From Octopus sinensis (Eukaryota), in NCBI RefSeq assembly GCF_006345805.1, contig NW_021834938.1, forward strand, positions 1 through 44,035: DNA of 44,035 nucleotides. The letters are read 5' to 3'. The translations under genes and the position numbers were made by a program. Each line of letters starts with the position of its first letter. Position 1 is the first letter of the stretch. The notes below the pieces were generated by a model. The model was not told the DNA's origin, ran no database searches, and saw only the letters and a list, made by a program, of their open reading frames with translations. Shown piece by piece: positions 10,789 through 22,315 of this stretch.

Positions 10789-11188
10789 CTAGCAGTATCG
10801 CCCGGCGTTGCTCGGGTTTGTAAGGGAAATAACTATATAAGCATTTTTAGAGATGTAAAGTATAATAGCCATCTCAATATGGCTTACCACAAGGGGGGTG
10901 GTTACTGTAGCTTTTTACGTTCTGAGATTTAATAATACATTTTTAGAGGGTTATTTCCCTTATATAATAGCGAAAAAAATGCATTAAAAATGGGAAAAAA
11001 TTATGATAAGTTTTTTTTTAAATCGTGGACTCATCGTAGACAGGCACTAATACCCAGAAGGGCTCGATATGAATCACGACTATAAGATACCCGATTTTGG
11101 TTAAACTGCACCGCAAAATGTGGGAGTAGTTAGGAATCTAAATCGAAGGGGACAGACACTCACACTACTACAGTTTTATATATATAGA
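10789..11188 (-). mobile_element. Non-autonomous Helitron
   Basis: Reverse complement of the 6489 family, with CTAG at 10789 and the TC end at 11188. Confidence 0.82.
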
Positions 11189-11240
11189 TATGGTAATTTG
11201 GCAGGTGGGGGTGCGTTTATCTTATTCCTGCCATTACACA

Positions 11241-11281
<41 letters not shown>

Positions 11282-11364
11282 TCTGTCTGGATTAAGGTAG
11301 TTTAAATGTAGATCAACTCTGATACAACACAACGGTTACTCGAAAACAGAAATCTTTTCCCCGA

Positions 11365-11446
11365 CAAGAAGGAAAGAAAGAAAGAGAGAGAAAGAAAGAA
11401 GGAGAGAAAGAAAGAAAGAAGGAGAAGAAGAAGGAAGGAAAGGAAG

Positions 11447-11479
<33 letters not shown>

Positions 11480-11737
11480 AAAAAGGAAGGAAGAAAGAAA
11501 GAGAGATAGAAAGGGGAAAGGAAGGAAGGAAAGAAGAAAGAAAGAAAGAAAGAAAGAAGGAAAGAGTGAAAGATAGAAAGAATGAAAGAGAGAAAGAAAG
11601 AAAGAGAGAAAAAAGGAAGGAAGAAAGAAAGACAGATAGAAAGAGGAAAGGAAGGAAGGAAAGAAGAAAGAAAGAAAGAATGAAAGAAAGAAAGAAAGAA
11701 GAAAGAAAGAAAGAAAGAAAGAAAGGAAGAAAGAAGG
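11365..11737. repeat. (GAAA/GGAA)n polypurine tract
   Basis: Directly visible; it explains the ORFs at 11313-11861. Confidence 0.95.
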
Positions 11738-12029
11738 TAACAAATAAATAAATGTTATTTGAAAGCGAATGAGGAAATTTCGAAAGCCTTTCATCTCGTC
11801 TAAAGGCTGACCTGGTTTGTGCAGCTGAAGTGCTGAGCAGCCGATTGCAGTTTACATGCAACCAGTTGTCGTTTCATTTAATTCCTGTTGAAAAACAACT
11901 TCACTTTCTCTTTGGATTTCAGGTCAAAAGCAATTCGGTTGGATTTCGCAAACGCATGCGCATTAACTATCAATCTATATACCATACCCGGAACTAATTT
12001 CAGCTTATTGCATTTCTAGAACGGATGAT

Positions 12030-12881
12030 ATGGATGCTGAACGTGAGAATGTGAGTACAGAAGCTCAGTTCCATCAACCAACTAGGGAAGATTTAATGAA
12101 ATGTTTCGATAAATATGACATGACACATAAAAAGCGAGGTGTTGCTTACATCTTCAACAATGAGAATTTTAAAGACTCAAAACTTTCAACTCGTCACGGC
12201 TCATCAAAAGACACAGAAGATTTTAAAGCATCATTATTAAATCTTGGATTTCGTGAAGATGACATCAAAGTTCATACAGATGAAAGTGCCGATGAGATGC
12301 GCAAGGCTTTGAACGAGTTTGAGCAAGATAATCCTGATATTGAAGGTAATATTGACTGCTTTATTTGTGCGATTCTGAGCCATGGCGGTGAAGACGATAT
12401 CATATATGGATACGAAGGTAAAGTTGAGCTAGACGAATTGCTTTCTTACCTGAGACCCGATCGCTGTCCGTCTCTAACAGGAATACCTAAATTAATATTT
12501 ATTCAAACATGTCGTGGAAGCAAGATTGATGTTGGAGTCGAAAGAAACGATGCCGAGAAAGAAGAATCTGGAAAAAAGCCACCGAAAATTCCAATCATGG
12601 CAGATATGTTGGTTTTCCATTCGTCATCAAATAAATATCCGTCAATAAGGGATAAAGATACAGGTTCATGGTTTATGCAAACTTTAAGTAGAATGTTGAT
12701 GGAATACGGCGCAGAATATGAAATTATGAAACTGTTAGCTGCGGTCTGTAACCATGTTGCCTCCATTGAATTGCAAATTTCCCTTATTTTGAAAGGTGAA
12801 AGGGTTAATTCTGACTTTAAACAAATGCCTCAGATTATGACGACATTGCGCAAAGAACTAAAGTTTGAACCGAGGAGGTAA
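12030..12881 (+). CDS. Caspase-3/7-like (peptidase C14A) copy 2. Single coding exon probably starting at 12020
   Basis: 283-aa ORF with SHG, QTCRG (Cys 12510-12512), GSWFMQ and KQMP. Upstream are a branch-like actaat and acceptor gcatttctag (12018-12019); in-frame TDDMDA. Confidence 0.92.
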   Translation: MDAERENVSTEAQFHQPTREDLMKCFDKYDMTHKKRGVAYIFNNENFKDSKLSTRHGSSKDTEDFKASLLNLGFREDDIKVHTDESADEMRKALNEFEQDNPDIEGNIDCFICAILSHGGEDDIIYGYEGKVELDELLSYLRPDRCPSLTGIPKLIFIQTCRGSKIDVGVERNDAEKEESGKKPPKIPIMADMLVFHSSSNKYPSIRDKDTGSWFMQTLSRMLMEYGAEYEIMKLLAAVCNHVASIELQISLILKGERVNSDFKQMPQIMTTLRKELKFEPRR

Positions 12882-13757
12882 AATATTTCAGATGTGAGAT
12901 CCTTAAAGAGAATCGAAGCTTCTTACGGTGAGAATTTCTGATACAACTCCATATTATACGAAAAGAATATATTTTACAAACATATTTTAGGAACTAATAT
13001 ATCTACAAGGAAGTACACAGTTTTCACGCATAATACCTACAGTATATATTGATAAATAGATTAATATGAGGTTTTCAGCAGAAAAAAATTGCTTATGTGA
13101 TTACAAACTTGATTTGACTTAATAAATATCCACTAACATTTGAAGGTGCTTAACTAAAACTATTTCCTACCATGAATTTTACTAAGAACACCAGTGACTT
13201 ATAGGTCCATTCTAAATTACAAAATAATCCTACATTCTGAAAATTGAACCAACATTCTTTTATATACAACTAAATATGAACAATATTAATATGTAGGCTA
13301 TTTTATTCATGTATTTTCCTATATCGCTGGATTCGTAAAAGTTTCTCTGCCAAAGAGAAATTTCTTCTCTCACTGCATTAAACTATCTCAGCACCATTGC
13401 GTTATATCTTTTTCAATTATTCCATTTTGTTTCTTTGTTACTATGGTGAATAATCTCCTGTTATCAACACAGAGTCTCTGAAATGACAACGAAATAATAA
13501 AATGTATAAGCTTTTACGCTAGTTTTTAATTTATGAAAATATTTAAAGTGTGAAAGAAAGGTTGTGATATAATTTTGTTGTATGCGTAAAAAAATTTATG
13601 ATAAACAGGCGAAGGTAAAGAACATGCACTTCCGATGTTTAGGGTCGGGTTTAGGGTTAGGGTTTTGGGCTCAGGTTTTGGGTTCGGGTTAGGGTTACGA
13701 TGAAAACGAGTGGTGTGCGCATTCTTTACTTCCGCCGATAAAATAATTAAATTTCTG

Positions 13758-14177
13758 GGCGATCTTTCGTCTCTAGTAGACCTTTCAGTCGATTTCCGTA
13801 AAAAAATATATTTTTTTTACATATGGGCTTGCGGGAACTTTTGAAGTAATATACATACATATACACATACACCGAGTAAAAAATTTCAGTTATCTTTTCT
13901 TTCACACATTACTCTCTCTGTCTCTTCACACACACTAACAGAAGCACTTCACTTACACAACATACTGTCTGTCTCCCCACCCATCAAACACACACACACA
14001 ATGTACATCAATGCTTGCCATGCACGGTAACTTCAAAAGAACTTCCCTCGTCATAAAATGGCTTTCTCTTAGTCTCTTTCGCTCTCATTACTTCAAAAGT
14101 TCCCGCAAGCCCATATGTAAAAAAAAAATAATTTTTACGGAAATCGACGGAAAGGTCTACTAGAGACGAAAGATTGC
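13758..14177. mobile_element. Foldback MITE, duplicate copy
   Basis: ~90-bp TIRs; TSD aatttctg on both sides. Confidence 0.88.
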
Positions 14178-14801
14178 TAATTTCTGATTGTTGCGTGAAT
14201 TATCGGCTGAAGTAGCCATTAAGCAAAATACACACGGATTGAGGAGGGTGTGGCTGGTATATGTGTGAATACCACCATATGTCTATACTACGACTACTAG
14301 GAGCTGTATATGACTCCTGATTTTGGGAGGTGACTGCTATTTCTAGCGTCGGAGGTCAACAGTTTACATAGATGAAGATGACGAGAACTGTTGAGATTTT
14401 TACGGAAAAACTTTATGTTTTGTTGAGAGAGTTTGGATGTTATTGAAATGATATTAGGATAAATGTTGAGAACTTTTCAACGTTATTGAAATAGGATTCG
14501 TTTAGTTATTGCTCGTCGTTTTTTGTAGTGAATATTTCTACCTACTTTCTCGGGAAAGTGAAACTATTTGTTCGGCAATTTCCGTATAAATGTAGTGAAG
14601 CCGAACAAACACGGAAAAGCAAGAAGGCGAGGCCGTGGTACAACCACTGTTTTATCAGACGCCCAGGAAAGGAAGGAAAGAGTATTTAAAGTTTCGAGCC
14701 AAGCCCTTCTTCAGAAATACAGGCAATTCCAGAGGAAAACGGAGGAAGAAAATCGGCAATGATACACACGTGGTGACATTGTGAAATGACCGATATATAT
14801 A

Positions 14802-14926
14802 TCTTTATATATAAAAGAGAATTTGTGTGTCTGTCTCCTACGATTTAGATTCCTAACTACTCCCACATTTTGCGGTGCAGTTTAACCAAAACCGGGTATC
14901 TTATAGTCGTGATTCATATCGAGCCC
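14802..14926 (+). mobile_element. Helitron 5' fragment truncated by deletion
   Basis: Matches 6489-6613, then switches abruptly to unit-internal sequence. Confidence 0.8.
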
Positions 14927-15660
14927 TATTGGCGTGACGACTGTGCAGACGTCAGGGGAGGCCATCTCGTGTCTGTTCACTGTGGTGATCTTCCGCAGTG
15001 GTGGGCAAGGTTCCCTGTCTGCGCTTGGTATGAATTGTTATAAAAATGTTATTAGATTTAAATAAGATGTTTAATTTTTTCAGTTTTCTTGTTTATTAAT
15101 ATTTCCCTTATTTGTTTTCTTTTATTTTTTTGTTTTATTGAGAGTTAAATAATTTTTTAGTAAAGGGAGATAACCAAAAGTAGCGATTTTTCTCGTAAAA
15201 AATGGGGAGATAACCTAATTTTTTAAGGGAGATAACCCAAAAGTACCGAGTTTCTTTCGTTAAAAAAATTATCTGAAGCTGTTTGTTGTTAAATATTTAA
15301 TAAAGCCTTCTGTGGAGGCGCAATGGCCCAGTGGTTAGGGCAGCGGACTCGCGGTCTTAGGATCGCGGTTTCGATTCCCAGACCGGGCGTTGTGAGTGTT
15401 TATTGAGCGAAAACACCTAAAGCTCCACGAGGCTCCGGCAGGGGATGGTGGTGATCCCTGCTGTACACTTTCACCACTCTTACTTCCTGTTTCTGTTGTA
15501 CCTGTATTTCAAAGGGCCTTGTCACTCTCTGTGTCACGCTGAATATCCCCGAGAACCACGTTAAGGGTACACGTGTCTGTGGAGTGCTCAGCCACTTACA
15601 CGTTAATTTCACGAGCAGGCTGTTCCGTTGATTCGGATCAACCGGAACCTTCGTCGTCGG
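14927..15660. repeat. Third, partial copy of the duplicated unit
   Basis: Matches 2995-3718 and 9736-10305. It is joined to a truncated Helitron at 14926 ('gagccct|attggcgtgacg'). Confidence 0.9.
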
Positions 15661-15683
15661 AACCGACGGAGTGCTTCCATCCC
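15312..15683 (+). mobile_element. Full-length SINE family A with 13-bp TSD
   Basis: aataaagccttct at 15299-15311 and 15684-15696. Confidence 0.93.
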
Positions 15684-16339
15684 AATAAAGCCTTCTTCTT
15701 CAATTAAATCTTCTAAAAGTAGAAGGAGAATGAGGAGGAGAAGAAGAAGAAGGGGGAGGAAAAGAAAAATCGCTTGAAAGTCGTTTCTCTGCAAAAAATG
15801 AAAAAAAGTTAAATGCAACATTTCTTCAGCTGGAAAAAAGCAACTGAAAAATTCCGGCAGTTTTTTGATCTGGGCCGGACGATTCTCCTTGGCTCTTCCC
15901 ATTGAGTTGATTTGCTAGTTTTTTGAAACGATCGAACCTACAATAGCTCGCTACAAATGTTTCCTTCGATCCGTCTTATTTATCCTTAAGCGGGTTAAAA
16001 AGTTAAACTGCTGTACTGAAAAGTACAGCCCAAGTGACAAATAAAATCTATGAATTTGATCGTTAATACAAGATGTCAGCAGTTTTTCTGTGCATGAAAT
16101 TAAACTTTCATTATCTTTTCTTCGTAAACAAGTTGAATTTAGAGAGTAACTTCCTTTAACTCAATTTAAATATCTTCCATTCGCTTCAAAACGGTACAAA
16201 CAGATGAAGGAGCCATATCAAATTTGTTTGATAAATTCTTTTTTTTTTTTTTCGCTTTTCGTAAAGATGAAGTTTCGTAAATCGGGATTACGTAAAACAA
16301 GTTATGCCTCTGTGTATGTGTAGACGAGGGTGGCCCTCG

Positions 16340-16393
<54 letters not shown>

Positions 16394-16477
16394 TAATAAT
16401 AATTTAATATAATATATATATATTATATATATAAGGGCAAAATTGAGGCTTGAATTAGTTGCACCTTTTCGCGTTGC

Positions 16478-17212
<735 letters not shown>

Positions 17213-17485
17213 TTATTTAATCAATTCGCATTTTATTACAAAAGCAATTGCTTCATGTTTCTTCTTATCCTTTGTTTTGCATCTAAGAATTCTTTCTTTT
17301 TGAAACTGTCACGAGGCTATTAAAGGAAAGTAAAGATGCGTAAAAGAATTTTAAATAAGAAAAGAAAAGATAAACGGAATGAAGTGAGATTAAAATGCCG
17401 GTTAACGTGAAAGGATTCGGGCAGGCACTGACAGACATCAAAGCCCATCAGAAAGCAGTTGCAGACGATCGCTCGAGGTAACAAT

Positions 17486-17533
17486 CGGAAGTGACGCTGC
17501 CAGGCCGGAAGTGACGCTCGTTGCCATGGTAAG
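17486..17533. promoter_or_regulatory. Candidate promoter module: two ETS-type CGGAAGTG sites plus an RFX X-box-like motif
   Basis: cggaagtgacgct twice, 20 bp apart (17486, 17506), then gttgccatggtaag (17520-17533), in a locally CpG-rich patch. Confidence 0.5.
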
Positions 17534-17582
17534 CATTTTTTTTTTTTCGCTTTTCATATCACGAGATGAAGTTTCGTAAAAC

Positions 17583-18013
17583 GACAATCTTTCGTCTCTA
17601 GTAGACCTTTCCGTCGATTTCCGTAAAAAAATTTTTTTTCTTTTTACATATGGGCTTGCGGGAACTTTTGAAGTAATGAGAGCGAAAGAGACTAAGAGAA
17701 AGCGATTGTATGACGAGGGAAGTTCTTTTGAAGTTACCTTTCAGGGGGACTGTTGATGTACATTTGTGTGTGTGTGTGTTTGATGGGGTGTGGGAGACAG
17801 ACAGTATGTTGTGTAAGTGAAGTGCTTCTGTTAGTGTGTGTGAAGAGACAGAGAGAGTAATGTGTGAAAGAGAGAGATAACTGAAATTTTTTACTCGGTG
17901 TATGTGTATATGTATGTATATTACTTCAAAAGTTCCCGCAAGCCCATCTGTAAAAAAAAAAAAAAATTTTTTACGGAAATCGACGGAAAGGTCTACTAGA
18001 GACGAAAGATCGC
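17583..18013. mobile_element. Foldback MITE, independent insertion in the opposite orientation
   Basis: Same TIRs as 5462; TSD cgtaaaac on both sides. Confidence 0.88.
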
Positions 18014-18489
18014 CCGTAAAACAAAGTATGCCTCTGTATTTGTGTGTAGACGAGGGTGGCCCTTGTATATATATAAGGGTAAAATTGAGGCTTAAATTAG
18101 TCTCACTGTTGTCCGACATTAGTAATGCGCATGCTCAACAAGATGTCCAATACAGCGCGCAGGGAGGGCACCTGGCTGTAATTATGTGTCGCTAAATTAA
18201 ATCGCATTCATCCGAACAGCAACTAAACACTTTTAAACTTCGTATACTGGTAGAATGTGTTACATAAAACATCTTTTTCTCTTGGCTTTATTGAGAAAAT
18301 TCTGTAGTTTGTAACATATTTGTTGTTTAATTTCTTGCATTTCGGCAATTTCAACCAATCAACGACGTCTATTGAGGTGAAAACAATATCTGCCGAAGTC
18401 TGTCAACAACAATTTTTTTGCGGTGTCATATGAAAAGAATACAAAGGCAAAATTAGTCTCACCGTTCGTATTTTCATTTTCGTCTCGGC

Positions 18490-18716
18490 CCGCCGACATT
18501 AGTAATGCGCATGCTCAGTCAGATGTCCAATACAGCGCGCAGGGAGGGCACTTGGCTGTAATTACGTGTCGCTAAATTAACTCGCATTCATCCGAACAGC
18601 AACTTTTTATTATATATAGAACACAACAGAATGGAAAATGAGTTCTATATAATATAACCTCTGTATCTATACACAGACTCAAGTTATTTCCAGATAATAT
18701 TCTGATACACGCCAGG
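18490..18716 (+). promoter_or_regulatory. Putative promoter and non-coding first exon of zinc-finger gene 1
   Basis: NRF1-like tgcgcatgctca motif and donor gccag|gtaatg at ~18715. The region is homologous to the reverse complement of 36780-37130. Confidence 0.55.
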
Positions 18717-19239
18717 TAATGGCTTTGTTATTCACGTTGTTCTTCTCATTCGATCATATTCTCTTCGTTCTTCGATCAATATAATGTTTCTTCTCTTTTG
18801 TTTGTTTCTTTGATCTGTCATGATGTTCGTAACAGCCCCTGAAATCTAGCGAACTAGAAATAGCTGCTAAATTACCCTTAAATTATACCCTGCCGCCGTC
18901 TTAAATACTGAGAACGGCGACCCTCGAAGTTAGTCCGCCGCATTTCAATATTGTCTTTTAGCAACTGGTGACCTTTTGTGAATCAGTCTCAGAGCAGCTG
19001 TGTTTCGAAGTCCCATACCCCACGGGATACGAAAATAAGTACTGGGAACGAAAACGTAAACAAACAGCCATAACTCCAGGCTGGAGGTAAAGAATACGTA
19101 CACCACCCGTATCAAAATGTACATGTATACAGGGTGGCCCAAAAGAAGGTACTATTTAAAAGAGTGGTCCCGGTGCGCGCACTCTCGTACTCGCGCATCC
19201 GCGCTAGCTAGTCGTGACTAGTCGATCCGTTAACTACTA

Positions 19240-20015
19240 CCGTAAATCCTCGAGTATAGTCCGACCTTGAGCATAATACACCGGGGATTTTTAGGGGGCT
19301 GTACCTCTGAAAAACCTAAACCTTTATTGTTATTGTATACGGTAACGTCCTTTATTATTATTGTATATATAACATAATGCAAACGTGTAGCCTTTTTGTG
19401 CATTTTGTTTGCATAAAATAAAGAAATAACAGTAATAATGTTCAATAAATGTTGCTTACTACAAGTTAAGGATGATTCTTTTATGACTTCATTGCTTTCA
19501 GGCTTAGCTTAAGGTATTTTCGCACCCTTGGGTATAATACGCAGAGGATTTTTAGGGGGCTGTACCTCTGAAAAACCTAAACCTGGTGTATAATACGCAC
19601 CCCTTCTCTAATTTGAGTCAAGGAGGTGCATATAACGTCCTTGGTTTGTAAAAATGTGTACGGTAACGTCCTTTATTATTATTGTATATTTAACATAATG
19701 CAAACGTGTAGCCTTTTTGTGCATTTTGTTTGCATAAAATAAAGAAATAACAGTAATAATGTTCAATAAATGTTGCTTACTACAAGTTATGGACGATTCT
19801 TTTATGACTTCATTGCTTTCAGGCTTAGCTTAAGGTATTTTCGCGCCCGACATCACAAAATGCGTCTGAATAAACATTGCCGGACAGCAAATAAGGACTC
19901 GGACATTGCTTAGAAAATAATTTTTATTTTTAACCTTGTATATAGTACGCACTAGGGATTTTGACCTTTAAATTTTGGGGGGGAAAAAATGCGGATTATA
20001 CTCGAGGATTTAAGG
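19240..20015. mobile_element. Non-autonomous Tc1/mariner (Tc2/pogo-like) DNA element with an internal tandem duplication
   Basis: TA|ccgtaaatcctcgagtatagtccg ... cggattatactcgaggatttaagg|TA. 19275-19525 is repeated at 19535-19845. Confidence 0.8.
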
Positions 20016-20224
20016 TATTTTTCTTATAACAAATATTCATACAAATTCGGTTGAATGTTATAAGAAGAGCGTTAAACGACGTTTTTAGAGTGTGATGGGG
20101 GTACCAGAAACAGGTAGTGTGTTATTTAAAAAAAAGAATTTAGGCGTAACTTCGGTATAGGTACCGGAAGTACCGGATACATTTCAAGAAAGTGTTTATA
20201 TATATATATATATATATGGGAGGT

Positions 20225-20340
20225 TATTTTTTTGTAAACCCAGTACTTATTCTATCGGTCTCTTTTGCCGAACCGCTAAGTGACGGGGACGTAAACACAC
20301 CAGCATCGGTTGTCATGCAATGCTAAAGGGACAAACACAG

Positions 20341-20371
<31 letters not shown>

Positions 20372-20712
20372 CGACGGGCTTCTTTCAGTTTCCATCTACC
20401 AAATCCACTCACAAGGCTTTGGTTGGCCCGAGGCTATAGTAGAAGGCACTTGCCCAAGGTACCACGCAGTGGGACTGGACCCAGAACCATGTGGTTCGTA
20501 AGCTAGCTACTTTACCACATAGACACTCCTGCGCCTATATATATATACGACGGGCTTCTTTCAGTTTCCGTCTACCAAATCCACTCACAAGGCTTTGGTC
20601 GGCCCGAGGCTATAGTAGAAGACACTTGCCCAAGGTACCACGCAGGGGGACTGAACCCGGAATCATGTGGATGGTTAGGAAGCTACTTACCACACAGCCA
20701 CTCCTGCACCTA
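20225..20712 (-). mobile_element. SINE family B with two tandem heads
   Basis: Partial tail 20225-20345; heads ~20370-20537 and ~20547-20712. Confidence 0.85.
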
Positions 20713-21040
20713 TACACACCTGTACATCAAGTTGTTCTTGATATACAAAGGTGACATAAAATTGTGCAATGTCAGCCAAATAGCGTGTAACGCGTTAGAC
20801 AAAATGAAGGTGTAGCAGCGGTCTTTTGTTGTTGTCGTTAAGCAACAAGACGGGTAAGGGTGATTAGGTGATGGTGTAGGGCTTAGGGGCGGGAGACCCC
20901 AGACCTTGGGAAAAGCAACAAACTTTGGTTGTCTTGTAGTCGAGGGCTCTTCATTGACACCCGACACCACTGGGAGGTGACCCCTGAAGTCACTGGCTCC
21001 AGGTCCAAATTCTTGAACGGCCAGCTGCTGTCTTTAAATA

Positions 21041-21434
21041 TTTTTTTTTTGGAAGCGCTCCGTCGGTTACGACGACGAGGGTTCCGGTTGATCCGAATCA
21101 ACGGAACAGCCTGCTCGTGAAATTAACGTGTAAGTGGCTGAGCACTCCACAGACACGTGTACCCTTAACGTAGTTCTCGGGGATATTCAGCGTGACACAA
21201 AGAGTGACAAGGCCGGCCCTTTGAAATACAGGTTCAACAGAAACAGGAAGTAAGAGTGAGAGAAAATTGTAGTGAAAGAGTACAGCAGGGATCACCACCA
21301 TCCCCTGCCGGAGCCTCGTGGAGCTTTAGGTGTTTTCGCTCAATAAACACTCACAACGCCCGGTCTGGGAATCGAAACCCCGATCCTATGACCGCGAGTC
21401 CGCTGCCCTAACCACTGGGCCATTGCGCCTCCAC
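21041..21434 (-). mobile_element. Full-length SINE family A
   Basis: A-tail seen as T10 at 21041-21050; TSD tctttaaat at 21031-21039 and 21436-21444. Confidence 0.92.
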
Positions 21435-21457
21435 ATCTTTAAATCTATAGATTGGAA

Positions 21458-22035
21458 CACAAGTTTCTATGATTTAATTTGAAAGCAATCAGGTGTCATG
21501 TCCAAAGCTTGTCAGTAAAGAATTGTAAAATTTCTACTGTTGAATGTCTGTGGTCGGCCTGAGGCTATAGTAGAAGACACTTGCCCAAGCTGCCATGCAG
21601 CGGGAACGAACCTGGACCCAAGTGTTTGGTAAGCAAGCTATTTACCACGTTCTTTAGTGGCATAGATATTGAAGCCCAAAGATGCATTAGGGATCTTAGC
21701 ACAAGTTTCTATGATTTAATTTGAAAGCAATCAGGTGTCATGTCCAAAGCTTGTCAGTAAAGAATTGTAAAATTTCCGCTGTTGAATGTCTGTGGTCGGC
21801 CCGAGGCTATAGTAGAAGACACTTGCCCAAGCTGCCATGCAGCGGTAACGAACCTGGACCCAAGTGGTTGGTAAGCAAGCTATTTACCACGTTCTTTAGT
21901 GGCATAGATATCGAAGCCCAAAGATACATTAGGGATCTTAGCACAAGTTTCTATGATTTAATTTGAAAGCAATCAGGTGTCATGTCCAAAGCTTGTCAGT
22001 AAAGAATTGTTAAATTTCCACTGTTGAATGTCTGC
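21458..22035. repeat. 242-bp tandem repeat (~2.4 copies) containing a SINE-B head fragment
   Basis: cacaagtttctatgatttaatttgaaagc at 21458, 21700 and 21942. ~1.4 inverted copies at 34882-35217. Confidence 0.9.
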
Positions 22036-22315
22036 TGTTTAATTAATTATTAATTGTCTCATAAAACTTATATTGTTTTGTTTCTCTGTTCTTTCAGAAT
22101 GTCTGATGGTATTGGCAGCAGAGGCATTGTATCTTAAGACGATGGTTTAAAGAATAAAGGAACCTGTTATACAAAGCAGATGTAACTATATTCATATAAA
22201 CCTGTGATGGAATTGCCATGAAATATTTCCAGAGGACGAAGATATTTGTTAGAAATACAATATAAAAATAGAGAAAGGAAAAGACATCCTAAGAAAGAGA
22301 GGAAGTCTATGGGAA

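Larger units (their letters stand above)
6489..14926. repeat. Tandem segmental duplication, unit 2
   Basis: Helitron 5' ends at 6489 and 14802 give a period of 8313 bp. This unit has ~1.7 kb (10306-12020) that is absent from unit 1. Confidence 0.93.

Noticed and set aside
11313-11861. Phe/Leu/Ser-rich and Lys/Arg/Glu-rich ORFs (also 39079-39587)
   Set aside because: Translations of purine/pyrimidine microsatellites.
15609-15902. 97-aa minus-strand ORF MGRAKENRP...
   Set aside because: No recognisable domain; it runs through a low-complexity tract into a SINE.
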